A stretch of DNA of 64,000 bases from Alphaproteobacteria bacterium (GTDB lineage: Bacteria; Pseudomonadota; Alphaproteobacteria; GCA-2731375): contig CBDDBZ010000032.1 in assembly GCA_965225945.1 (NCBI GenBank), positions 265,080-329,079 of the forward strand, written 5' to 3'. The notes beneath the pieces were generated by a model that saw nothing but the letters and a program-made list of their open reading frames with translations, did no database searches and was not told the DNA's origin. Within the stretch, counting starts at the first letter, position 1. Every line of letters begins with the position of its first letter. Positions 22,962 through 33,600 of the stretch are shown here, piece after piece. A program made the position numbers and the translations under genes.

Positions 22962-23809
22962 GGAGACACACTACATATAGTGGGTGTGGGTGATAACCGG
23001 ATAGGCAAGGAACATTCGGCTGTGGCACAGCCGGACGTGCGCGACCTTGACCTTGGTCGTCACCCCCGCCAGCACCACGTACTCGTGGCTCCAGTCGAAC
23101 TGATAGGCCTCGCCCGGCGAGAACACCAACGGCACATAGGTCTGCGCCGTCGATGCCGAACGGCGCCACCGCCACGCCTTGGCGTAGCGCCGCACCGCGT
23201 CGTAGCCGCCGCCATAGCCCAGGCCCTCGAGGGCTTCGGAGATCCGTAGCAGCGTCAGCCGCTCCCGCTTCGACTTGGTCTCGTTGGCCTCCAGCATCCG
23301 CTCCAGCTCGGCCGTCCACGGCCCCAGCTTCGGCATCGGCTGGACCCGCCGGTCGTAGGTGAACGCCGTCGCCTGCGAACGGATCACCTTGCGCACCGTG
23401 TTGCCCGAGACCTTCACGTCCCGCACGATCTCCTTGATCGGCTTCCCCTTGACGAAATACTCCCGCCGGATCCGCGCTATCGTCTCCACGACCAACATCC
23501 CCCACCACCTCGTCCGCCCAAAAACGAGGTGACTTGGACTAGCCAGGCTCAGGGGGTCAAATTTGGACGCCGATCACCCCTCAACAGGGGTCAACTTTGC
23601 ACGCCGTTCCACAAGCTAAGTGTAGCGAAGAGGCGGACCCGCTCAAGGCTATACCGAACGTTGCGAAGATGCTTGAATGCCAACAAGCTCGGACGGCGAC
23701 TCTTGGCTATCAATGACCGAATCGGCCGAATCAGCGGCACGGGGAATATACCCCCAATCCCGATTTCCGGGGACACCGATGGAGTGCACCCCCTGGATGA
23801 CACAAAGAA

Positions 23810-24677
23810 TCAGGGACAGTTGGTTGTCATTTCCAGCGCCCGCCGGGCGGCGGTCTCTGGGGTGATTATGGTGTTTTCGAACTCCTCTGGTGATAGGTAT
23901 CGAAGCGCCGAGTGGAGGCGCGTCTTGTTGTAGACCTCTTTGATGAAGCTGGCGATGTCGCTCTCGGCGTGGGCGATGTCCCGGTAGGGCCTGCCCTCAA
24001 CCTCCTCTGTCTTCAAGGTCTTCATGAAGCTCTCCGCCATGGCGTTGTCGTAAGGGCAGGCGATCCGGCTCATCGAGGGCAGGATGCCATGGGCCTCCAG
24101 GCGGGCGATGTAGTCGCCGGAGGCATATTGAACGCCGCGATCGGAGTGATGCACCAGGCCATCGGGGATCACCTCGCGCTCCAGAAGCGCCATATCCAAG
24201 GCCGCCAGCGTCAGGCTCGCCTTCAGATGATCGGCCAAGGCCCAGCCGATGACGCGCCGGCTGTGCGCATCGAGCACGACCGCCAGATAGGCGAAGCCCT
24301 CCAGCAAGCGAACATAGGTGATGTCGGCGACCCAGAGCTGGTTGGGGGCCGTCGTCTCCAACCGGCGCGCCAGGCTGGGATAGATCCGATAGCTATGCTT
24401 CGAGTCCGTGGTAGCCGGCGCGAAGCTCCGTCGACGCAGGCATAGCAGATTGTCCTCGCGCATCAAACGCAGCACCCGCTTGTGGTTGACGCTCCAGCCC
24501 TCGCGCCGCAACAGCGCCCCGATCCGCCGATAGCCGTAATGTTTGTTGTCGATCGCCCAAGCGCTGGAGCTTATCGCGTAACGCCGTTTCCTCAGCCCTC
24601 GGCCTCGATGCCCGCCAATGGCGGTGAAAGCTCGATCGGCTCAGCCCCATCAGATCGCACATCCGTCCCATGCTCAA
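23810..24677 (-). pseudogene. IS3 OrfB (DDE integrase core) with a 1-nt insertion near 24557
   Basis: YGYRRI, WVADITY, HHSDRGVQY, YDNAMAESFMKTLKTE. Confidence 0.85.
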
Positions 24678-25162
24678 TCCGCCTTGCCGCCGCGACCCGG
24701 CCCGGACGAGGCCGAAGACGCGCTCCCGCCAGAGCGACCGTTCGCTCCGCGGCAGCTCTCCGAGAGCCGCAAGGCTTGCCTGAAAAAATCCGCTTCCAAG
24801 GCCTGCTGGCCGACCTTCCGCTCCAGCTCGGCGATCCGCCGGCGCGCCAGGCTCAGGGCATCCGGCCGGACCGCCGGAACAGCACTTTCGGACCCGGCGC
24901 GGAGGCCTTGCGCCCGCCTCCCTCCGACGACCGTGCTTCCCTTTCTGGGCCGGCCGGGCGGGCGCAAGGCCTCCGCGCCGCCCGCTCGGTAGGCATCGCG
25001 CCACTCGTAGAGCAGCTTGCGCCGGACCTCGAGCTCGCGTGACAGCGCCGAGACGTTCTCGCCCGACTCCATCCGCGCCAGCGCCGACAGCTTGAAGTCT
25101 CGGCTGAAACGCCGTGCACCTTTTCGTTCCATCAGTTCCTCCTCGGAAGAACTGTCACTCAT
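24674..25162 (-). CDS. IS3 OrfA (HTH)
   Basis: RRFSRDFKLSAL...VSALSRELEV...LYEWR; IAELERKVGQQALEADFF. Confidence 0.9.
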   Translation of the reverse strand: MSDSSSEEELMERKGARRFSRDFKLSALARMESGENVSALSRELEVRRKLLYEWRDAYRAGGAEALRPPGRPRKGSTVVGGRRAQGLRAGSESAVPAVRPDALSLARRRIAELERKVGQQALEADFFRQALRLSESCRGANGRSGGSASSASSGPGRGGKAD

Positions 25163-25331
25163 TTCTCTGTGTCAGGACAGGGGTGCGGTCCACCGATTTC
25201 CGGGGACCAGATTTCCGGGGACAGTTGCCGATTTCTTAATTCCCTGCCGGTTTTCGCCCACATTCAAAGAGTTCTCAAAGACATCGTGATCCACGGTCCG
25301 CCCTTCATCTCATGGTGGAGGGTCGCCCAAG

Positions 25332-25362
25332 AGTAGTCTGGGGACAGTAGTCTGGGGACAGT
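25332..25362. repeat. 14-bp tandem repeat containing GGGGACAG
   Basis: AGTAGTCTGGGGAC x2 plus AGT. Confidence 0.85.
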
Positions 25363-25486
25363 TTTCTATTTTTGCAACGTGGCAAATTCCTGCCTTGAGG
25401 TCGAGCCATGGCCCGCTCGGCATGTCTCGACCACGCGATCGGCGCCACTTGCCCCGCTTGCTCGCGGCGACAGCACCCGCCCGCCC

Positions 25487-26167
25487 TCACCCCCCCCCCT
25501 CGACGATCACATGCTCTCGCGTGATGATCAGCGGGATGGGTTCGTCGGGCAAAAAATTCGGCTCGTCGGCTCGCGTCGCGCGGTAGGCCTCGGAGCGCGC
25601 CGAGGCCCGCATGGCGTCGGTGTCGTCGAACCAGGTGATCGCCAAGCCGTCATACCTCGGCGCCCGGCCCGACGTATAGGCGCCGAGGCGGACGTGGCTC
25701 TGCACGTAGCGCCGGATCTGGGGAATCTTGGCGGCCAAGGGCCCGTGGACCTCGCGCCAATAGCGCTGGAACGCCTCGACTTCCAGACCTGGGCGGCGAG
25801 TCACGAACTCGACGTTCTTGACCGCGCCGTCCGGAATTTCGCCGTCGAGGATGACGTGCTCGTCCAGCAGCATCAGCACCATGGCCGAGCGGTCGATGAA
25901 CTTGGCCTCGTCTTCCTCCAGGTCGCGGTACTCTCGAGTCCCCGCCAGATGCTTCAAGGCGGCGAGATCGTCGAACCAGAGCTCGGCGATGCCGTCGTGG
26001 ACCAGCTCGCCCTTGGCGTAGCCGGAGAGCCGCGCGTGGCTCTGCACGTAGCGCCGGAGACCGGGTAGGCGCGAGACCACCCCGGCGTGGCGGCTGTGCC
26101 AGTATTCCTGGAACGGCTCCAGCGCCATGCCGGCCTTGCGCTTGATGCAAACCGCGACCTTGAGCAT
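25487..26167 (-). CDS. Tandem EthD-domain protein
   Basis: Two repeats of F..YW...H....LP..RRYVQSH...DG....WFDD. Confidence 0.88.
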   Translation of the reverse strand: MLKVAVCIKRKAGMALEPFQEYWHSRHAGVVSRLPGLRRYVQSHARLSGYAKGELVHDGIAELWFDDLAALKHLAGTREYRDLEEDEAKFIDRSAMVLMLLDEHVILDGEIPDGAVKNVEFVTRRPGLEVEAFQRYWREVHGPLAAKIPQIRRYVQSHVRLGAYTSGRAPRYDGLAITWFDDTDAMRASARSEAYRATRADEPNFLPDEPIPLIITREHVIVEGGG

Positions 26168-26197
26168 CCCGGCTCTTCCCCTCCGACCCGCCGCCGA

Positions 26198-27787
26198 TCA
26201 GTAACCGATCGCGCAGCCGTCCTTCCTCGGCTCCGAGCCGGCGGCGAGCGTGCCGTTCTTCCAGTCGATCGAGATGACCTGGCCGCCGCCCCACGGCATC
26301 TCCGGCCGGCCGACCCGGTGGCCCAAGGCGGCGAGCCCGTCCATCACCTCCTGGCCGAAACCGCGCTCGACCTCGACCCGGCCCCGGACGTGGAAGACGC
26401 GGGGGCAGTCCAGCGCCTCCTGCGGGTCCATGGCGTAGTCGATCAAGTTGGCGAGCACGTGGGCGTGGCCCATCGGCTGGAAGTGACCGCCCATGACGCC
26501 GTAGCTGTGCGCCACCCGGCCGTCCAACATGCACATGCCGGGGATGAGGGTGTGCAGCGGCCGCTTGCGGGGGCCGACGCAGTTGGGGTGGCCCGGCTCG
26601 ACCCGGAAGCCGCAGCCCCGGTTCTGCAGCATGACGCCGCTCTTCGGCGCCGAGAGCGAGGAGCCGAAGTTGAAGAAGAGGGAGTTGATGAAGGAGACCG
26701 TGTTGCGGGCCTTGTCGACCACCGTCAGGTAGATCGTGTCGCGATGGGCCGGCGCCTGGGTCTCAGGCAGCGAGGCCATGGCGCGATCCGCCGAGATCTC
26801 GGCCCGTGAGCCAATCGCGAACTCGCCCGACAGCAGGTCGCCCACCGGCACCTGGGCGTAACGCGGATCGGCGACATGGTCGTCGCGCGCCCGGTAGGCG
26901 AGGCGCGAGGCCTCGATCTCGAGATGCAGCCGTTCGACCCCCCTCGGATCGAGGCTCGCCAGATCGAAGCCCGAAAGGATATTGAGCATGATCAGCGCGG
27001 TGATCCCCTGGCCGTTGGGCGGCATCTGATAGACCTCATGGTCGCCGTAGCGGGTCGAGATCGGGGTCACGTATTCCGCCCGTTGCTCGGCGAAATCGTC
27101 GAGTTCGTGGCACCCGCCCTTGGATTGGAGGTAAGTGACGATGTCCTCCGCCACCCAGCCGTCATAGAATCCGTCGCGACCCTTCGCCGCGATCTCCTTC
27201 AATGTCTTGGCGAGCTTCGGTAGCCGCATCCGCTCGCCGACCTTGGGCGCCCGGCCGTCGATCAGAAACTCGGCCGCGCTGGAGGGCTCGGCCGCCAGGC
27301 GATGGGCGGCGCGCGACCAGTCGAGGGCGACGCGGGGCGTGATGGCCCAGCCTTCCTCGGCGTATTTGATCGCCGGTTGCAGCGCGCGGTCGAGGCCGAA
27401 GCTGCCGTGGTCGGCCAACAACGTCTCCCAGGCGTCGATCGCGCCGGGCACGGTCACCGCGTGCGGCGTCTCGGCGACGATGGCCTCGATCCCGCGTTCC
27501 AGCAAATGCTCGGCGGTCAGCCCCTTGGGCGCCCAGCCGGAGCCGTTCAGGCCCACCACCTCGCCCTCGCCGCCCTTGACGTAGAGGGCGAAGCAGTCGC
27601 CGCCGATGCCGGTCGACTCGGGCTCCACCACGCATTGCACGGCGCACGCCGTCACCGCCGCGTCCATGGCGTTGCCGCCGTCGCGCAGCGCGTCGATCGC
27701 CGCCAGGCTCGAGAGCGGATGGGAGGTCGCGGCCATTCCCTCGGTGGAATGGACGGTGGAACGACCCGGAAGCTGCAGGTCACGCAT
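26198..27787 (-). CDS. ggt: Gamma-glutamyltransferase family protein
   Basis: GGNAMDAA, TGIGGD, DTIYLTVVD (nucleophile Thr), KRPLHTLIP, GVMGG. Confidence 0.93.
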   Translation of the reverse strand: MRDLQLPGRSTVHSTEGMAATSHPLSSLAAIDALRDGGNAMDAAVTACAVQCVVEPESTGIGGDCFALYVKGGEGEVVGLNGSGWAPKGLTAEHLLERGIEAIVAETPHAVTVPGAIDAWETLLADHGSFGLDRALQPAIKYAEEGWAITPRVALDWSRAAHRLAAEPSSAAEFLIDGRAPKVGERMRLPKLAKTLKEIAAKGRDGFYDGWVAEDIVTYLQSKGGCHELDDFAEQRAEYVTPISTRYGDHEVYQMPPNGQGITALIMLNILSGFDLASLDPRGVERLHLEIEASRLAYRARDDHVADPRYAQVPVGDLLSGEFAIGSRAEISADRAMASLPETQAPAHRDTIYLTVVDKARNTVSFINSLFFNFGSSLSAPKSGVMLQNRGCGFRVEPGHPNCVGPRKRPLHTLIPGMCMLDGRVAHSYGVMGGHFQPMGHAHVLANLIDYAMDPQEALDCPRVFHVRGRVEVERGFGQEVMDGLAALGHRVGRPEMPWGGGQVISIDWKNGTLAAGSEPRKDGCAIGY

Positions 27788-28028
27788 GGGCGTACCTCGT
27801 CGTCGGGAACGGGATGCGCGGCGATAGATCGGAACGTCGCGTCTCGCGGTGACTATAAGCCGAGCCCCTGCCGGCTGGCCAGTCACGGGGTCGGGAGCGC
27901 CGCCGGGAACGCCGCCGGGAACGTTAGACCCGCACCTCGCGCGGGGCTGGTGCGCGAATTCGGCGCTGGTAGGTCCGAGGGCGCGGACGCATCTCTAGCT
28001 CCGTCGTATGTTCCCTGGAGTCGTTTCG

Positions 28029-28988
28029 ATGTCCCTCGCGCCAGTGGCCGAGAGCCCCAATACCATCCCCGCCGGAATCGCCAACTTGGGCGTAGCCACC
28101 CTGCTGTTTTCCTCCATGGACGCGTTGGTCAAATGGCTGAGCGCGGACTATTCGGTCTGGCAGCTGATGTTCTTCCGCGCCGTCTTCGCGCTGCTGCCAC
28201 TCGCCCTCGTGATCCATCGCTCGGGCGGCGTTGCGACACTGAAGACCAAACACCCCTCCGCGCATGCGATCCGTTCCACCATCGGCATCGCCGCCATGGG
28301 GCTCTTCTTCCTGGCCTACGCCACCATGCCCTTGGCCGACGCCATCGCCATCGGCTTCACCGGGCCGCTGTTCCTGACCATCCTCTCGGTGCCGCTCTTG
28401 GGCGAGAGGGTGGGGCCGCGGCGCTGGGGGGCGGTGATCGTCGGCTTTCTCGGCGTCCTGTTGATCGCGCGGCCCGGCGCCGGCGCCTTCGGCTGGACCG
28501 CGCTGCTGCCGCTCGGCGGCGCCCTCGGCTTCGCGCTGGCGATGATCTGCGTCCGTCGGATGAGCCGGACGGAGAGCAACGCGGCAATCGTCTTCTATTT
28601 CTCCGCCGCCTGCGCGGCGGTCTCCGGCCTGGCGCTGCCCTTCGTCTGGGTGACGCCGGACCTCGAGGGTTTGCTCGGTCTCGTCGCCATCGGCGTCGTC
28701 GGCGGCACGGCGCAGCTCTTCATGACCCAGGCCTTCCGCCTGACTCCGGCCCGGGTGGTGGCGCCGTTCGAATACACCAAGATCATCCCGGCCATCGGCT
28801 TCGGCATGGTGCTGTTCGCCGACATGCCGGATAGCTGGACGCTGGCCGGCGCCGGCGTGGTGATCGCCTGCGGCCTCTACATCCTGCACCGCGAGGCGGT
28901 GCGCCGCGCCGAGGCGAAGGGCGAGGCGGCGCCCGCGCGGCCGCGGGGCAACGAAGTTTGCCCCGGGGCCGCGATTGCCGGATCATGA
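28029..28988 (+). CDS. DMT/EamA family transporter
   Basis: About 10 TM segments; LGERVGPRRW, APFEY. Confidence 0.9.
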   Translation: MSLAPVAESPNTIPAGIANLGVATLLFSSMDALVKWLSADYSVWQLMFFRAVFALLPLALVIHRSGGVATLKTKHPSAHAIRSTIGIAAMGLFFLAYATMPLADAIAIGFTGPLFLTILSVPLLGERVGPRRWGAVIVGFLGVLLIARPGAGAFGWTALLPLGGALGFALAMICVRRMSRTESNAAIVFYFSAACAAVSGLALPFVWVTPDLEGLLGLVAIGVVGGTAQLFMTQAFRLTPARVVAPFEYTKIIPAIGFGMVLFADMPDSWTLAGAGVVIACGLYILHREAVRRAEAKGEAAPARPRGNEVCPGAAIAGS

Positions 28989-29033
28989 GTCTGGAGCAAT
29001 GCCGATCCGCCCGAATTACGGGGAAAGAACGGG

Positions 29034-29342
29034 ATGAAGACGACGACGCCCAGTGAGGCACGGCGCCTCATCGGCGAATTTGTCCGCGACGAAAGCGGGA
29101 TGTCGCGTGCCGACTGTCTTTTCATCCAACTGGTGCTGGTCGTAGGGATCGCGGCGGGGGTTTATGTCTTCGGCGAGCGCGGCGAGCCGGCCACCGGCGA
29201 AGCCGCCATGGCGTCGCCGAGCGAGGCCGACGCGGTGATCTTCGGTCTGACGGGCGTCGAGATCACGCTCTCGCTGCTCTCGCTGCTCGCGGTGGTGGCG
29301 TTGATTTTCGTCGTCAGGCTGGTCGTCGAACTGCGCCGTTGA
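29034..29342 (+). CDS. Small membrane protein with an Flp-pilin-like leader
   Basis: FVRDESG followed by a hydrophobic helix, plus a second C-terminal TM. Confidence 0.5.
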   Translation: MKTTTPSEARRLIGEFVRDESGMSRADCLFIQLVLVVGIAAGVYVFGERGEPATGEAAMASPSEADAVIFGLTGVEITLSLLSLLAVVALIFVVRLVVELRR

Positions 29343-29378
29343 TCCGATTGTGCTCGGCCGTCACGCTCGAGGGAGGGG

Positions 29379-30374
29379 ATGAACATGGCGACATCGGGCG
29401 GGATCGGCGAATTTCGCGTGGCGCCGAGCGAACTCGGCTTCCTCGGCGAGGGCCTGACGCGGCCGGAATGCGTGCTCTGCACCGCTAACGGCGACGTCTA
29501 CGTCTCCAACTTCGAGGGCGGTGTCACCCGGATTCCGGCCCGGGGCGCGCAACACGACATCGTCGATCGCTCCCGCCCGATCGGCACCAACGGCTTCGCG
29601 ATCACGGCCAAAGGCGAATTTCTCTGCGCCAACCTGCACCCGGAAGGCGGCGGCGGGGTCTGGCGGGTCCGGCGCGACGGAAGCTCCGAGCCGTTCCTGG
29701 TGGAGCTCGACGGCCGCCCCCTGCCGCCCGCCAACTTCGTCGGCATCGACCAGGCCGGCCGGGTCTGGATCACCGTCTCGACCTGGCGCGAGCCGCGCCA
29801 GCTCGCCTACCGGGCGGACGTCGCCGACGGCTTCATCATCCTCCTCGACGATCGCGGTGCCCGGATCGTGCTCGACGATTGCGGCTACACCAACGAGGCG
29901 ATCGTCGATCCCTCGGGCGAGTGGCTCTACGTCAACGAGACCATGGGCCGGCGCACCCGGCGCCATCGGATCCGGGCCGACGGCTCCCTCGGCCCCCGCG
30001 AGACGGTGGCCGAATACGGCGAGGGCGTCTATCCCGACGGCCTGGCGCTGGACGAGGCGGGGGGCGTGTGGATGACCAGCGTGATCTCCAACCGGGTGAT
30101 TCACGTCGCCCCCGACGGGACGCAAACCGTGATCATCGAGGAGAATGATCCCGCCACCCTGGCCGAGATCGAGCGGGTCTACCTAGCGGGCGAGCTCGCC
30201 GCCGAGCATATGGCACGGGTCGAGGCGGAGATCATGCGCTCCGTCAGCTCGATCGCCTTCGGCGGCCCGGACCGGCGCACCGTCTATCTCGGCAACCTGT
30301 TGGACCAGCGCATCTACAGCTTCCGCTCACCGATCGCCGGCGCCGCGCCGTCGCACTGGGAATTCGCCTGGTAG
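29379..30374 (+). CDS. SMP-30/gluconolactonase family beta-propeller
   Basis: RPECV, YTNE, YVNET, YPDGLALDEAGGVW, SSIAFGG. Confidence 0.9.
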   Translation: MNMATSGGIGEFRVAPSELGFLGEGLTRPECVLCTANGDVYVSNFEGGVTRIPARGAQHDIVDRSRPIGTNGFAITAKGEFLCANLHPEGGGGVWRVRRDGSSEPFLVELDGRPLPPANFVGIDQAGRVWITVSTWREPRQLAYRADVADGFIILLDDRGARIVLDDCGYTNEAIVDPSGEWLYVNETMGRRTRRHRIRADGSLGPRETVAEYGEGVYPDGLALDEAGGVWMTSVISNRVIHVAPDGTQTVIIEENDPATLAEIERVYLAGELAAEHMARVEAEIMRSVSSIAFGGPDRRTVYLGNLLDQRIYSFRSPIAGAAPSHWEFAW

Positions 30375-30641
30375 CGCTCGCGGTCGGCCGAGCCCTGTCG
30401 CCAGGGCGCTTCGCGACGGGGCCGAATCCACCCTCGACATCGGCCGCTATATCGGCAAGTGCCGACAAACGGGCATCGACCCTCTTGTGACGTCGATGCG
30501 TGATGCGCCGTGTCCCGGAAGGGAAGTCGTATGCCCACTTCCGCGCCTCATGGGCCCGACCGATCGTCGCCAGTCGAATGGCCGTCGATTTTCCTCGGCC
30601 GTCTCGGCTAACATGGTGATCATGGCCACCGGAGCAGAGGC

Positions 30642-33600
30642 GTGAGCGGCGATATCGAGCAGTGGCTCCAGAGCTTGGGGCTCGAGAAGTACGCGACCCT
30701 ATTTGCCGAGAACGACGTCGATCTGGAGGTCGTCCCCGAGCTCTCCGACGACGAGTTGAAGGAGCTCGGGGTTTCCCTCGGGCATCGCAAGAAGCTTCTG
30801 AAGGCGATTGCCGCGCTCAAGCAAGGCTCCGGTGCCGTGGCCGATGCCGGGGCGCCGTCGGCCCGACCCGTTGCCGAGAGGCCGCGAGCCGAGGCCGAGC
30901 GGCGGCAGTTGACGATCATGTTTTGCGACCTCGTGGGTTCGACAGAGCTTTCCGCGCGGCTCGACCCGGAGGACCTGCGCGACATCATGCGGCGTTACCA
31001 GGATAGCGTGGCCGGCGCCGTCACCCGCTATGGCGGCTACGTGGCGAAGTATCTGGGCGACTGGGTGCTGGCCTATTTCGGTTGGCCACAGGCACACGAG
31101 GACCAGGCCGAGCGCGCGGTCAGAACCGGGTTGGATGCGGTCGCCCAGGTGGAGAGCATCCGGCTGGACGGCGGCTCGAGCCTCCGAGCCCGAGTCGGAA
31201 TCGCCACCGGCCGGGTGGTGGTGGGTGATTTGGTCGGTGATGCGGCCTCGGACGAGGAAGCCGTGAGCGGAGAGACCCCGAACCTGGCCGCTCGGTTGCA
31301 AGCCGTGGCCGAGCCGGGTCGGGTCGTGATCGGCCCGGCCACCCGCCGCCTGATCGGCCCAGCCTTCGATCTGGAAGACCTCGGTCTTCTGACATTGAAG
31401 GGGTTTCCCCGGGCCATCGCCGCGTGGCGCGTCGTCGGAGAGAGTGCCGCGGAAAGCCGTTTCGAGGCGGCGCACGCCGATTCGCTCACCCGCCTCGTGG
31501 GTCGGGAGCACGAGCTAGCCCTGTTGCGGGAGCGATGGGAACTGGCGAAGGGTGGGGAAGGTCAAGCGGTCCTGTTGTCGGGCGAGGCCGGCATCGGAAA
31601 GTCGCGCATCGTCCGCGCGGTACGGGAGTTGGTTGGTGACGATCGTCATTACCGGCTGCGCTATCAGTGCTCCCCCTATCACGCCAACAGCGCGTTCCAT
31701 CCGATCATCCAACGGCTGGAACGGGCGGCCGGCATGACCGGGGAGGATCCCGTCGAGGTCAAGCTCGACAAGCTGGAAGCGTTGCTGGGGCTTTCGGCGG
31801 TTGACCTGAAATCAATCGCGTCCCTGTTTGCCGCCTTGTTGTCATTGCCGGCCAAAGATCGCTACGGCACCCTGGACCTCACACCCGGACAGCGCCGGAA
31901 TCAGACCTTTGCGGCGCTTGTGGGACAGGTGTTGGCGCTGAGCCGTCAACGACCCGTTCTATTCGTGATGGAAGATGTCCATTGGATCGATCCGACGACC
32001 CAGGATTTCGTTGGCGAGGTGATCGCTCAGGTCGCCGATGCTGCCGTCTTAGTACTGGTGACGCATCGGCCCGAGTATGTTTCCCAATGGACGGGCTTTC
32101 CTCACGCCACCTCGCTCGCCCTCAACCGCCTGAGCCGCGAGCAAGCCGCGGGAATCGTCGAGGCCATCGGCGGCGCCAAACTGGACGACGCGGTCGCGGA
32201 GAGGATCGTGGCGCGCGCCGACGGCGTACCCCGGTTCGTCGAGGAGTTGACGAAATCGGTCCTCGAGGCGAGCGAGACGGCGGGGCAACCAATCGCGGCC
32301 GATGCGATACCGGCGACGCTTCAGGCGTCCTTGACGGCCAGCCTGGATCGGCTCGACGAGGCGAAACGCATCGCGCAGATGGGCGCCGCGCTCGGCCGCG
32401 AATATTCGCACGAACTGATCGCCGCCGTGTCGGGGGAAACCGAGCCGAACCTGGGTTCGGCGCTCGACCGCCTGGTCGACGCCGAGTTGGTTTTCCGCAC
32501 CGTCACGACGCGGAATACCATCTACACCTTCAAGCATGCGCTGATACAGGAAGTCGCCCACGAAAGCATGCTCAAGAGCAGGCGAACCGAACTGCACAGG
32601 CGGATCGCGGAGACGCTGGAAACGATGTTTCCGGCCATTGTCGAAACGGAGCCGGAAGTTCTCGCCCGTCACTATTCCATGGCGAACATGGTCGATCCGG
32701 CCATCGCGTATTGGCGGCGCGCGGGCGAATTGTCCGTCGAGGCGTCAGCCAACTCGGAGGCGGCGAGCCATTTCGAGAATGCCCTCGGGCTGCTCGCTTC
32801 GTTGCCCGAAGGCGACGGCCGGGACGAGCTGGAGCTCGAGTTGCGGATCGCGCTCGGCGGGCCGTTGTTGATGACCAGGGGACACGGCGCGCCGGAGGTC
32901 GGCGAGACCTATTTGCGGGCACGAGAGTTGTGCGCCAAGTTGGGGAACTCACCGCAGATCGTGCCCGCGCTGTTCGGCATGTGGCGCTTCTACATCGGTC
33001 GGGGCGACTGCACGATTACCCGCGATCTGGGGCGCCAGCTCTTGGAACTCGGCGAGCGCGCCGACGACATGCCGGCCATCGTGCTCGGCCACTATGGGCT
33101 CGGGTTTTCGCTGTTCTGCTACGGCGATCTGAAGGAGGCTCGCGTCCAGCTTGAGGACGGATACAAGCTCTACGACCGGAACATGCGCGACGATCTATCC
33201 TTTCGCCTCGGCCAGGACCCGGGTGTCGCATGCCTCTCGTATTGCGCGCTGGCTCTGTGGGTCCTCGGCTATTGCGACCAAGCGAAGCACACGACCCAGA
33301 AGGCGTTGACGCTGGCGGAGGAGCTGTCGCATCCCTTCAGCAGTGCCTACGCGCTCAGCCTTGCCTGTCAGGTTTACCAGCATCGGGGTGAGGTCGATGA
33401 ATTGCGGAAGGTGTCCGAAGCCGCCATCAGCATTTCCCGCGAGCAGGGATTTTCGGTTTGGATCGCGTCGCCGACGATCTTTAGGGGTTGGGTGCGCGCG
33501 CAGCAGGATAATGCAATCGAGGGCGCTCAGGAGGCGCATGATGCCGTACAAATTGTAGCTGCCGGCATGGAAATGCGCCGGCCGTACTATTTGGCTCTCG

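Larger units (their letters stand above)
21279..23009. mobile_element. IS1595-related cargo cassette (MITE/MIC-like) with 43-bp perfect TIRs
   Basis: TIR CTTGCCTATCCGGTTATCACCCACACCCACTATATGTAGTGTG at both ends; 8-bp TSD GAATATTC/GAACATTC within istA. Confidence 0.88.
20248..23498 (-). pseudogene. istA: IS21 transposase IstA split by the 21279-23009 insertion
   Basis: 5' half ends ...YQFDWS...LCHSRMF; 3' half resumes FVRAYPRESQEMVFDAH...YDNMKTAV..WEKGQVE. Confidence 0.92.
19407..23613 (-). mobile_element. IS21-family element, interrupted, with its distal end lost
   Basis: istA-istB; end TGTGGAACGGCGTGCAAAGTTGACCCC at 23613 with a repeated GGGGTCAA subterminal motif; no matching end after istB. 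Confidence 0.85.
23780..25192 (-). mobile_element. IS3-family insertion sequence
   Basis: TG...CA ends; TIRs TGGAGTGCACCCCCTGGATGACACA / TGGACCGCACCCCTGTCCTGACACA; 4-bp TSD CCGA. Confidence 0.9.

Noticed and set aside
24550-24562. IS3 OrfB frameshift as programmed frameshifting
   Set aside because: It lies inside OrfB, not at the OrfA/OrfB overlap, and has no slippery A-run; likely a mutation or sequencing error
23760-25362. GGGGAC repeats as a CRISPR array
   Set aside because: Units are adjacent, 14-16 bp long, have no spacers, and no cas genes are present
27897-27921. 12-bp tandem repeat CGCCGCCGGGAA
   Set aside because: A single GC-rich duplication with no associated structure
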